Shown: positions 39,201 through 48,900 of the stretch, piece after piece | Layout of the letters: each line of letters starts with the position of its first letter | Position numbering within the stretch: position 1 is the stretch's first letter | From: a virus | Direction: 5' to 3' (one strand) | Virus record (IMG/VR): IMGVR_UViG_3300043436_002834 | Coordinates: 20,843 to 84,842 of that record | Length of the DNA stretch: 64,000 bases | Program-made: the position numbers and the translations under genes | Notes under the pieces: model-generated | What the model was told of the DNA's origin: nothing | What the model saw: only the letters and a program-made list of their open reading frames with translations | Databases searched by the model: none

Positions 39201-39484
39201 CTAGAGCAAATGATCCAAATAGGACTAATGCTAAGTATTCTGCATTGAACACTGCTTCTAATACTTATGATCAAATGAAGCAAGGTCTTTATGATCAAGC
39301 TGGTAATTTTATTCCTAATGATATTGGAAACCAAGTTTTAAATCCTACTAATACTTACTATAGTAATCAAAGACCTATTTTTGCATACGGTGGTAAAGTG
39401 TATGAAATTGGTGGCGATGTTGAGTTGGATGACAATGAAATGCAAGAACTTGCTGCCGCAGGATTTAAATTTTCAAGAATTTAA
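36299..39484 (+). CDS. low-complexity virion cargo protein with repeated xxxGG motifs
   Basis: Q/M/P/A-rich and largely disordered; 8 phi-x-x-GG motifs. Confidence 0.65.
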   Translation: MENPQAQMPQGQPGPAQQGGDDQMQQIMQYVQQSVQQGAQPVDVAIQLIQQGAQPEMIMQVFVQMGMPEDQAREAIETAMEGGQPMPATGEGDQLEDASNPDAEMAEEGDMPVDQPGDLAQQMAFGGSPRRALKKYANGAAVDPNQELQSVMQQVQEMMDGGADARQVMQQIQAAAQQGQISPEVATSVMEQLQGMQQAENPQGSDAAMMAQSQDPQQMDPNMAVPDSPMMKFGGNLKKLMSKAYGGNMTPPSIDSKTYAQDRAAMFVGAVKNNAFKSTLDDEFPSLVGNKMAYGGDIPKAVDGFDVTKYKTADEAELAAYRYRNTLAPEEQAKFDVGATLKNWKQPEPTYEAGKNYQYDPATKSWKAAETPAANTVQANSQLNPVGYPNPNMGLYGNLYAGASPFARLLANSGNYNLDPRITGANLPGGMSAQQFLGAAGPNGLVPGMSGTIGDQTWRIGEAEKFKEGSIWKGNRRKGVRYQIDWGSQAAMNPNAPQPAMGPQNQPVVGPQNQPAPAPAAAPTAPVVPSVPTAPVSPAAATPAVSSTTSVPAAAPPTNPYFPGENPADDAGWGLPSNVQPNNYFAGENPSDDSGWGLPKDPNAPVTQSVNPSMVNSNPAPDNPMNVNSQFAQNYINSAYGDIRSDLTGTDQQALDQLITNGANQNQIDESVTAILNNRNLNLSQANQNAMQPPVEEFPSLATAPTAVNTADQTLVNPATTDVINPSSEVNPVDQNVQPQAVLPQATQLAAAPASPRITVPPVKPKPVSQNPPVTPPTTPKKGNNPWDQDKSSNWYVPKNDDAGFAEFKKTNPKIPNPNAPRWGKGGTEEQLKAAHLQAIKNAQTRMATFNSQQQKQQQANRNSNANLNSYGYGGGVDPAALENAVALINRAFGGMIPRADNGLNLGTQDTDTNNIPDYLQFNTWQEANPDKGSIEASNAQKLNIDWNAAGDMYMSGAGRLTNFMNKARANDPNRTNAKYSALNTASNTYDQMKQGLYDQAGNFIPNDIGNQVLNPTNTYYSNQRPIFAYGGKVYEIGGDVELDDNEMQELAAAGFKFSRI
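37972..38095 (+). repeat. intragenic tandem duplication (YFxGENPxDDxGWGLP x2)
   Basis: Two near-identical 16-18 codon units. Confidence 0.8.
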
Positions 39485-39486
39485 TT

Positions 39487-41814
39487 ATGGCTAGATATAC
39501 AATAACAGGATTCCCGGAGCAAGCCGTTCCTAAAGTTACTACATCTAAAACACTAGGTGCAGTAAATAGAAAGGTAGCTAATGTAGAAGCTGAGAAGGGA
39601 GAGACCGTAGTAACAAACATGAGTAGAGGATTGAACAACATCTTTGAAATGTATGGTATTGGGGGGAAGAAACACAGTCAAGGGGGAACACCTTTGGCAT
39701 TGCCAACTGATGAAGGAAAGGATACTGACGGCACATCTTTTATCTTTAGTGATAACAAAAGGATGATAGTAAAAGACCCTGCAATTTTGGAATACTTTGG
39801 GGTTGACCCAAAGAAGCCAAAAACATTTGCGGGTATTTCTAAATCATGGTTGGATGCTATTAATAAGTCTAAGGAAATTATAATTAGCGACACTGCAGAT
39901 AAAGTTGCCAAAAAATCTGCTGAGATGAGTATGGACAATGCTGCATTTAAGATTGCAGCTTTGAAGTTATTGCAAGAATCTAGAAAAGGATTTAAAGAAG
40001 GAATTCCTAACGGGTTATCTCCATTCTTTGACAAACTCAAGATTGATCCAAATGAGATGTTTGCAATGAATCAACAAGAAGCCGACAACACTAACCAAGC
40101 TGTAGCTATGGCTATGGGTGGTGCAGCAAGAGAATTTGCATCTATGCAAGGGGATTATCCTTTCCCTTCTCTCTCTATGGGTGGAGAGTTACCTAGGTAT
40201 GATAAAGCAGGAGCTGTAACACCAGAAAATAATGCTGCAAAAACACCTCCTGCTGAAGGTACAACACCACCGGCAGAAGGTCCACAGCTTACTTGGGGTA
40301 CAGCAGATCCAAAATCTAAAAAGCAGTATGATTATATTATTAATGTACTATCTAAGAATGATAAATTCAAAGAAGCATTATATAAAGAATATCAGAACGC
40401 GGCTAATCAAAAAGAAAACTGGGGTAGAGGTTACAATGCTCAATTTGATAAAGATCCTAAGAATAAAGAAAAGGTAGTTAGAAAATCACCTGAAGAAGTA
40501 TTCCAAGATTATCTTGAATTCCAAAAAAGAAACTTAATGTTTAAGTCTCATGGATTAAATGTAGCAGGTACTGCACAAAATCCAGAAAGAGATAAAAACG
40601 GTAATCTAACTGTATCTAATAAAGATATTAAAGCTTGGGGTGAACAATATGGAGTTCCGCTTCCTAATATGGATAAAGCAACACAAGAACAGCTTTCGTT
40701 TATTGCATTTGAGAACTTGTCTAAAAACAGAGATGTTTATGATCAAGAATTAAAAGATGTAATGAAACCATTTGGTACTAACCCTGTTGGTATGGCTGAT
40801 GAAGTAGTTGCTGGATCAGGAGGTAAAAAAGGAGTTATTTCTAAAGCCGATGGTGCATATACAAATACTACAGCAGGAGAGATATCTTATTTTACAGAAC
40901 CAGAGCCAACTGAACCATGTCCACCATGTCCTGATGGAACAGTAAGAGAAAGATTAGCAAGTGGTGTATGTCCGCCTTGTGAGCCTCCTCAAGAAGTTCC
41001 TGGTCAGCAAAAACCGCCAGCATACAAAGGTTTGGCTCAAACAACACCTCTTGTTAATCCTTATGGCTTTAGAAGAGAAGATATTGCTGCTTTAAACAGA
41101 GCAACTCAAGCTAGATTTGAGATTCCTGAATTACATCCTTGGGCTAAGTCTGCAGAAGCTGTTATGCCGGATCGCGCATACTATTCTCCAGAAAGAACAA
41201 TTGCAGCTAAGAATGAGCAATTAAATCAAATGATGCAAGGAGTAAGTGCATTTGGTTCAGCTCAAGGCGCTGGTGCCACTGCTATGGCTTTAAGTGGTCA
41301 AGCTTATGGTGATGTAGCAAATGCTATTAGTGATTATGCTGATAAAAATGTTGGAGTCTTTAATGCTGGAGAAAACTACAATACTCAAATTGCTAATGCA
41401 GTAAATGAAAAGAATGCGCAGTTAGCTACAAACATGTATGACAAAGAAAATATCTTAAAGCAAAGTTTAGCTAATTCAATTAGTGCTGCTAAAGATAAGA
41501 TTGTACAATTGTCTAACCAAGCATTTACTAATGCATCAAACATTTATAATTTAAATACCACTAATGAGAACTTCAAGAAGGATCCATTTACCGGACTTAT
41601 TTATAAAATGAATGACAAGGCAATTACACCAAATACAGCAACAACTAAAGATTTTGGTGAAGAGTTTAATGAGTTTGCTAAATCAGTTCCTACAGTTAAT
41701 CCTGATTTACAAATGAAAGCATTCTTGGCATATAAATCTGGTAAGTATCAAATTGAACCGGATGATAATGTGACTAAAGCAGGTGAGCTGGACAACACCA
41801 ATGTTCGGTCTTAA
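39487..41814 (+). CDS. virion cargo protein with an N-terminal EAEKGE/GxxHxxGG domain
   Basis: Motifs seen in the translation; C-terminal helical/coiled region. Confidence 0.6.
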   Translation: MARYTITGFPEQAVPKVTTSKTLGAVNRKVANVEAEKGETVVTNMSRGLNNIFEMYGIGGKKHSQGGTPLALPTDEGKDTDGTSFIFSDNKRMIVKDPAILEYFGVDPKKPKTFAGISKSWLDAINKSKEIIISDTADKVAKKSAEMSMDNAAFKIAALKLLQESRKGFKEGIPNGLSPFFDKLKIDPNEMFAMNQQEADNTNQAVAMAMGGAAREFASMQGDYPFPSLSMGGELPRYDKAGAVTPENNAAKTPPAEGTTPPAEGPQLTWGTADPKSKKQYDYIINVLSKNDKFKEALYKEYQNAANQKENWGRGYNAQFDKDPKNKEKVVRKSPEEVFQDYLEFQKRNLMFKSHGLNVAGTAQNPERDKNGNLTVSNKDIKAWGEQYGVPLPNMDKATQEQLSFIAFENLSKNRDVYDQELKDVMKPFGTNPVGMADEVVAGSGGKKGVISKADGAYTNTTAGEISYFTEPEPTEPCPPCPDGTVRERLASGVCPPCEPPQEVPGQQKPPAYKGLAQTTPLVNPYGFRREDIAALNRATQARFEIPELHPWAKSAEAVMPDRAYYSPERTIAAKNEQLNQMMQGVSAFGSAQGAGATAMALSGQAYGDVANAISDYADKNVGVFNAGENYNTQIANAVNEKNAQLATNMYDKENILKQSLANSISAAKDKIVQLSNQAFTNASNIYNLNTTNENFKKDPFTGLIYKMNDKAITPNTATTKDFGEEFNEFAKSVPTVNPDLQMKAFLAYKSGKYQIEPDDNVTKAGELDNTNVRS

Positions 41815-41861
41815 CTAATTTTTGTTTATCATATATTTAATACATTTACAAATAAAAAAGA

Positions 41862-43685
41862 ATGGCAACTTATATACAAGGTCAAGCGGATTATATCTCA
41901 CAGATTCAGCCTACTGAACCTAATTTAGCATTTGATGCGCAAATCCTTCAGACTAAGCAAGCCAAATATGATGCTAATCACAAAAAAGTAAGTGATCTAT
42001 ATGGCTCATTGCTTAATGCATCTATGACTCGTTCAGATAATATTCAAGCTAGAGATGAATTCTTTAAGATTATCAATGATGATATTAAAAGAATGGGGGG
42101 TTTGGATTTTTCTTTAGATCAAAATGTACAAGCCGCAGCTAGTGTATTTCAATCTATTTATACAAACAATAACATTGTTAAGGATATGGTATGGACCAAA
42201 AACTTTAACAATGAAGTAAATAGAATGGAAGCCTTTAAAAATTGTACTGATGAAGAAAAATGCGGAGGTACATATTGGGAAGAAGGTGAAAGATACATGC
42301 AGTATAAAAGACAAGAGTTTAAAAATGCTACATCTAATGAAGCACTTGGTATGGGAGATGTTAAATATGTTCCCTACAAAAGTGTTATGAAACAAGCTAT
42401 AAAGCTTGCTAAAGATGCTGGATTAAATGTAACTCTTGATAAAATTTCTGGAGATTATAAAGTAACTACTAAAAATGGCGAGTTAATTAAATCACCATTG
42501 ACTACTTTGTTTTCTGAAACTATTGGTAAAGATCCGGCTTATGCGGAAATGTTTAGAGCAAAAGCTTATGTTCAAAGAAATGACTGGGCTCAGTCAAAAG
42601 TAAACATGGGTGAATATGGAGATTTAAAATCAGCTCAATTGGGTTATTTACAAAATGTAGATAAGCAAAACAAAGCAAAGATTGATCAGGCTGCTGCGGA
42701 TTTAAGTATTGATGTAGGTCACTTAGATCAAAAAGTAAAAGACATGGAGCTTGCTTATCAACGTGGTGAGTTTCAACAAGGTAGCGATAAGTTTAATGAG
42801 TATGCTCAACTAGTACAATTGCAACAAAGTGCTAAACAGGCTCAATCATTTACATCTCAGGTTCAAGCCATTTCTGAAATGAAAAATAATAAAGCTGCTA
42901 TTGAAACTATGTCTGACAACATAGACAATCAGAATGCTTATACATTTTTTAATGAGGAACTTTCTAAAGCTGTAAACACACTTGCCTATAAAGATGCAGA
43001 GCAAACTTTAGAAGCAGATAAGTTTGCAGAAATGAAGTACGCAAACAAATATAAAATGTCTGAGATGGCTTTGCAACATCAATATGACATGGCAGAAGAA
43101 CAGCAGTCATTTCAAAATAAACTGGATCTAGAGGCTTATAAGAAAAAGATTGGTCACAGTTCTTATTCAGATAAAGGATCTGGTACAGGATCTATTACTG
43201 CTTCTGATAATTACATTCAAAAAAAGAATGAAGCTGAAACATATGGAAACTCTCTTGATGAAATGAAAAGAGTAGAAATGAAAAATATGTTTGGTGGGGA
43301 AATTCCAAAAGCTAGTGAGGTAGAGACTTGGAAAAATTCTACTGATGATACTAAAAAATCTAAGTATAAACAATATCAAAAAGCAGCAGCTGCAGCAGAA
43401 GCCAAGTATTTAAAATTACAGCGAGATGCTAATGAAGCAGCAGTTAAATTTGGAAAAATTCCTAAATACCGAAATATATTAACAGTTACCGATATTGAAA
43501 CATTTGGAAAAGAATATGATTTTGATTATGTAACAGCATGGCGACAAAATTCAGTTAATTATTTAGGGGAATATTATCCAAAAATGACAACTACTGACTT
43601 TGATGCTGCGGTAAATTCAGCAGATAAAACTAAACCGTTATATCCGCAGATAGAAAATTATATGAAAAATAAATTTAAAAAATAA
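41862..43685 (+). CDS. virion cargo/ejection protein
   Basis: MATY start, coiled coils, synteny within the cargo block. Confidence 0.55.
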   Translation: MATYIQGQADYISQIQPTEPNLAFDAQILQTKQAKYDANHKKVSDLYGSLLNASMTRSDNIQARDEFFKIINDDIKRMGGLDFSLDQNVQAAASVFQSIYTNNNIVKDMVWTKNFNNEVNRMEAFKNCTDEEKCGGTYWEEGERYMQYKRQEFKNATSNEALGMGDVKYVPYKSVMKQAIKLAKDAGLNVTLDKISGDYKVTTKNGELIKSPLTTLFSETIGKDPAYAEMFRAKAYVQRNDWAQSKVNMGEYGDLKSAQLGYLQNVDKQNKAKIDQAAADLSIDVGHLDQKVKDMELAYQRGEFQQGSDKFNEYAQLVQLQQSAKQAQSFTSQVQAISEMKNNKAAIETMSDNIDNQNAYTFFNEELSKAVNTLAYKDAEQTLEADKFAEMKYANKYKMSEMALQHQYDMAEEQQSFQNKLDLEAYKKKIGHSSYSDKGSGTGSITASDNYIQKKNEAETYGNSLDEMKRVEMKNMFGGEIPKASEVETWKNSTDDTKKSKYKQYQKAAAAAEAKYLKLQRDANEAAVKFGKIPKYRNILTVTDIETFGKEYDFDYVTAWRQNSVNYLGEYYPKMTTTDFDAAVNSADKTKPLYPQIENYMKNKFKK

Positions 43686-43688
43686 ATT

Positions 43689-45950
43689 ATGCCACTAACA
43701 TTTGGAGGTGATACTGAAGCATTTAACAAAGCTCTTTCTAAATCTAACGTTAAAGTAGATACAGGTGCAAATTATAAACCTGAAACTAAAGATGTTAAAA
43801 AAGTTAGCACTTGGGATTCCAAATTTCAACCATTAGTTGAAGAAATGGGCATGCAAGATATGATTAACTACAAGGATTCTAAACATATTATGCGTGCTGT
43901 TAATGGCAGATATGATAATGTAATGTCTCAACTTAAAACTGAAGATCCTGCTTTATATAATAAGTTTAAACAGTTTAAAAATAGTTCTTGGGACTTTGCT
44001 AAAGAATTAGAGGTTATTAGAGAAGGTGGTGATAGTGCTAAGATTAATGAGTATTATAAAAAAGCTACAGTAATGTTTACTGAAATTGCAAATAGTTTGG
44101 ATTATACCAAAAATAAAAAATTTGCAATGGATGAAAATGCTCGTGTTTTAACAAGAGAGCAGTATGATAAATATAGTCAAGAAGTTCAAGTTGGTAATAA
44201 ATCATCTACTAATGCAAGAGTTGTATTAGATAGAGGAGAATTAAAAGCTGACTATGAAACATGGAATACATCAGCTGAATACGCTAAACTTAAAAATGTT
44301 AGTGACTACTGGATGAACTCTATTAAAAAGAAAGCGCAGCCAATTGTTTCATCTTGGGTGGCTACATCTTTAAAACACTTAGATGTTGAAGATACTTCTA
44401 AAGCTGATTTCAACAGAGAGAGTTTTGATATGAATGTTGACTTACTTAAACATGTTTCTAAGTATGGTACTATAGCTGATTCCGGGTTATCTAAAAAAGA
44501 TAAGGATCTCGCCATGTCTATTAGAAAAGAAATGTGGGGCAAGGACTATGGTGATATCTTAAAAGTTCTTAAAAACCGATCTGAGGATATTCAAGGAATG
44601 TCTACTCGATTAGGTTACCATGGTAGTATTAAGCTTCTTAATACGCATAAAGATACTGTTGGTAAAAAACTAGAATATTATCCGCAAACAAGTACTAAAA
44701 CTAGAAATGATTTTGCCGACAGGGATATGCTTGACATTGAAAAAATGACCAAGCATTATAAAGAATTTAAAGAAGTTGACGGCAAGCTTAGAAATTTATC
44801 TTTAGATAGTTCTAAAAATAATTATGAGTCAATTAGAGATGGTTTAGGTTTAGATTTAAATAGATCTCAATTTAATATGGCTATGGATGCTTTAGTAGAT
44901 GATAATGGAAACATTATGTCTTATAAAAAGTGGAAAGATTCTTTGCGCAATATTCCAGATCCTTCAGGAAGAGGCTTTATTAAAGGCGGAGCTACTGGTA
45001 ATATTGGACAAGATGTTAAAAATGCCAAACCTGCATCTTTATTAGGTAAAATTTGGGAGCAAAATAAAACAACATCTGTTTCATGGGAGGGAGGAATTAA
45101 TAGTCTACCTTGGGGACAAACTTCTAAAGAAGATAAAGAAGATGATCTTATTGCAATTTACAATGGATTAAAAGGAGGTTATAAAAAAGAGTTTTCTAAA
45201 ATTAAAGCAAATCAAGTTTATGATTCTTCTTTATTGGCTGCTGGTTTTGGTAATGTAAGAAATCAATCTTTGCAATTTAAAGGCGTTGATCTAAACTTAG
45301 ATAAAAACTATCAGCTTAAAAATTCATCTGGTAAAAAACAAGAAAATGTAAACAAGTTAATTGGTTTAATGAAAGATGACCGAGGTGAGTTTACAACTGA
45401 GAATATTACTCTTTTTGGTAATGATAGAGTAAATGCAGGTTTGAATGCAATACAAAAAGATGAACTAGCAGATCAAAGAGAAAATAATGCCAAGGTAGCC
45501 AAAGACTTTTTTAAAGGCGACATGTCAAATGTAACTGTAGAGTTTTTTAGAAATACTAACGTACCTGGACAAGCGGCATATTCTTTTTACAACACTAAGA
45601 CTAAAAAGTCTATGGTCATGTATGCTCCAAAAAATATGCTTGGCAAAAATGAAGGTATTGGTGAGGACATGTATGTTCATACTGCTAGAGATCCTCAAGA
45701 GTTTACTTTTAATGCTAAAGGTTATCAAGATATGAAAGTTATTACGGTTAAAAATAAACCTGCGTATAAAAGCGCCAGGCTTTCATTTGACCAAAATAAA
45801 AATGCTTATATTGGTAGTATGTGGTATTATGATAAACAAGGTAATATTCAACAATACCAACATGTAATACCAATGGGTCAAGCTATAACTTTAAAAGGAG
45901 CTACCGATAATTTTAATAAGTTTTTAATGGATTACAGTAAAGAATTGTAA
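43689..45950 (+). CDS. virion cargo/ejection protein (hypothetical)
   Basis: 753 aa ORF within the cargo block. Confidence 0.5.
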   Translation: MPLTFGGDTEAFNKALSKSNVKVDTGANYKPETKDVKKVSTWDSKFQPLVEEMGMQDMINYKDSKHIMRAVNGRYDNVMSQLKTEDPALYNKFKQFKNSSWDFAKELEVIREGGDSAKINEYYKKATVMFTEIANSLDYTKNKKFAMDENARVLTREQYDKYSQEVQVGNKSSTNARVVLDRGELKADYETWNTSAEYAKLKNVSDYWMNSIKKKAQPIVSSWVATSLKHLDVEDTSKADFNRESFDMNVDLLKHVSKYGTIADSGLSKKDKDLAMSIRKEMWGKDYGDILKVLKNRSEDIQGMSTRLGYHGSIKLLNTHKDTVGKKLEYYPQTSTKTRNDFADRDMLDIEKMTKHYKEFKEVDGKLRNLSLDSSKNNYESIRDGLGLDLNRSQFNMAMDALVDDNGNIMSYKKWKDSLRNIPDPSGRGFIKGGATGNIGQDVKNAKPASLLGKIWEQNKTTSVSWEGGINSLPWGQTSKEDKEDDLIAIYNGLKGGYKKEFSKIKANQVYDSSLLAAGFGNVRNQSLQFKGVDLNLDKNYQLKNSSGKKQENVNKLIGLMKDDRGEFTTENITLFGNDRVNAGLNAIQKDELADQRENNAKVAKDFFKGDMSNVTVEFFRNTNVPGQAAYSFYNTKTKKSMVMYAPKNMLGKNEGIGEDMYVHTARDPQEFTFNAKGYQDMKVITVKNKPAYKSARLSFDQNKNAYIGSMWYYDKQGNIQQYQHVIPMGQAITLKGATDNFNKFLMDYSKEL

Positions 45951-45952
45951 GC

Positions 45953-48900
45953 ATGTCAGAAATTAAAAAACCAGTAGAAATTGAAGATAAATTACAATCA
46001 ATTTCTAATAAAGTTAATGCAGAAACATTACCAAAAATTACCAATGCTTATAATGCAGGTAGAGCTCAGGACTTTTCTGCAAAGCAAGCTAATCTTGCTA
46101 AGTACGCGTCATATGGTTCTCAAACATTTGGTAAGCTAGGATTTGATCCATATAAATCATCTAATACTGCAGGTAAAAGCGGAATGGATGAGTTGTATGA
46201 TACTAAAACAAGCTGGACTTCTGACATTGGTCGTGCATTTACAGGTATGCAAAAACTTGCAGGTATTGGTATACAAGATACTTTTGCCTTAGGTGCTTTT
46301 GCTGATCAAGGAAACTATTTGACTTTTGAAGATACAATGAATAAGTATTCTTCAACTAGAGGTGGTGTAACTGGATTTGTAGCTAACACAATGACATCTG
46401 CAGGATATACAGTTGGTATCATTGCGGGTATTGCTGCTGAAGAAATGGCATTAGCTGGTATTACAGCATTATCTGGAGGTACGGCTGCACCGGGTACAAT
46501 TGCTGCAGGCGGAACATTATTGGCTAGAGGAGTTGGTAAACTTAAAGAAGCCGGAAGTATGCTTAAAGCTGTAAACAAATTGCAAGATTTAAATACAGCT
46601 AAAAGTTTTATGGGTGCCACCGGTAAGTTTGTTGGAGGTAGTTTAAAAAGTTTTGGTAAAGCTTTAAATCCATTAGAAAATACTTATGATTTTTTAAAAA
46701 CAATTGATAAGCTTGAAGACTTTAATGGTTTAAGACAAACAGCAATTGGAGCTGGAGCTATAGTTAGAGATGCTAGAAAGATTACTATGGCGCATAGTGA
46801 ATCAAAACTAGAAGCTGATCTTGCTGCTAAAGAATTTAAGCAACAAATGTTTGATGACTATTATTTAGATAAAGCAAACATTGGTACAACTATACCTGAT
46901 TCATATTTAGATACTATTGAAAATGAGGCGCAAAAGGTTAAAGACCGCGTGTACTCATCTAACTTTGGCTTAATCTATGCAACCAATGCAATTACCTTTG
47001 ATAACATGTTTAAAAACATGAAAGGTACTAACCGTTGGGCAGGTATTGCTAATGATGCATATAGAGTAAGTAGAAAAGAAGGTACAAAAGTAGCAGTTGA
47101 TGCATTAGCTAAAACATTTGGTAATGCCGTAAGAAAAAAGCTAAGCACCATTACATTAAAAAGTGCTATGAATAGCGCTCTTTCTAGTTCAATGGAAGGT
47201 GTACAAGAGCTTGGTCAAGATATGATCTCAGAATCAATGAAATCATATCATGCGCGAAATGTTAAAGGAACTCAAGTCCGTGGAGGTATGTTAGAATATC
47301 TTCACAATGATTTATCTAAAGCGGCTTCTAAACAGTACAGTGAAGAGGGAGCAATTACTTTTCTTTCTGGAGCATTAATGGGTGTATTTGCTTCACCTGC
47401 AGGATTTGCTGTAGGGCAAGTTAATAATTTTGTAGCTGGAGGCGGTGCTCAAAAAACTTATCAAAGAGTATTTGATAACAAAAAATGGCAAGCAGAAAAA
47501 ACATCTTTAGAAATTAAGCGCAAAGAAAAAACTAAAGTATTAACTGAGTTTTTTAATAATAGCAAAAATTTTATTGATGGTTTTTCTAAACCTATATATA
47601 CTCTAAATGAATTGCAGGAAAATATGCTGCAAGCTGCAGAAAATAAAAATAGCATGCAGTTTAAAAATGGTCAACATGATTCATTTGTAACTGGAGTACA
47701 TACTTTATTAGAAGCTGGTTTAGAAAATGAATTTGCGGAACACTTAGAGTACATGGCTAAAAACTTTGGTGCTCAAGAACTAAATGAAGTATTTGGTAGA
47801 ACTGATATAACTGAAGAAACAAAAGCAGAGTATCAGGAAAAATTACAAACGCAGGCCAGTAATGTAAAACAATTGCGTGCTAAGTATAATGAAATTCAAG
47901 AAACTGTAATTAATCCACATAAAATGAAAGGTGTTAAAACCACCGATCCTGATTATTTGGAAAAATTTATTAAGTATACTTCTGTAGAAAATCTTAAAAG
48001 AGAATTACTTTTTTCTGATTCTAAAATAGCAGATCGCGCTAATAGAATTAAAGCTCTTGAAAAAGATATTAATGAAAGCAATCCTTTATCATCTTTAGAA
48101 ATAAATGCTTTACTAAATTCTGATGCTTTACAACAACAGATAGGTTTATTACAAGCTGAAGTAGAAGCAAATAAAACATTAACATTAACTGGAGCGGGTA
48201 AAGAAAGTGCTAATAAAGCTCAAGCTAAATTAGATGCTTTTAAAGCATATCAAGAAAAGTTAAAAGCATTTACAACAGAACAACAAAAAGCTGAGGGTTC
48301 TATTTATGAATCAGATGCTTATGAAGATTTATTTGAGGCTTACAATAACTTAATGCAGACATATGGCAAGAATACATTGTCTAACCAAGATGCACAGTTA
48401 CAAGCTAATAAAAAACAGTTTGATAAAGTATTTGATTACATTTCACTAGGTGAAGAAAATAAAATTTATCAAGAGTTTGTAGATACTTTATTAAATCCTT
48501 CTGGAGCAAGCGCGTATCTTAAAGGGCAAGAAGATTTGCTTAAACGATTAGATGACAATAAAGCAGAGCACATTGAAAATGCATTAAAAGCTTTTGAAGA
48601 AAAATCAACAGCTGATGATATGCTTAATGCTTTATATGCAGAAGGTTTATTTTTTGATCTTAATGAGTTGGATGATTTGATTAAAAACCGAATGATGCCT
48701 TCTCAAATTTATGATATTGCTGACAACAATAAAGAGGCTACTCCAGAACAAGTAAAAATTGCACAACAGATAATTAATAAATTTATTGTCCGTCTAACAG
48801 GTAAATCAATTGTTAATGATAAGACTACTTTAAACAAACAAGGGCGTAAATTAAAATCTGATAAAAGAACTGTAGCAGGTATCTTGCGTCAGTATGGAAT

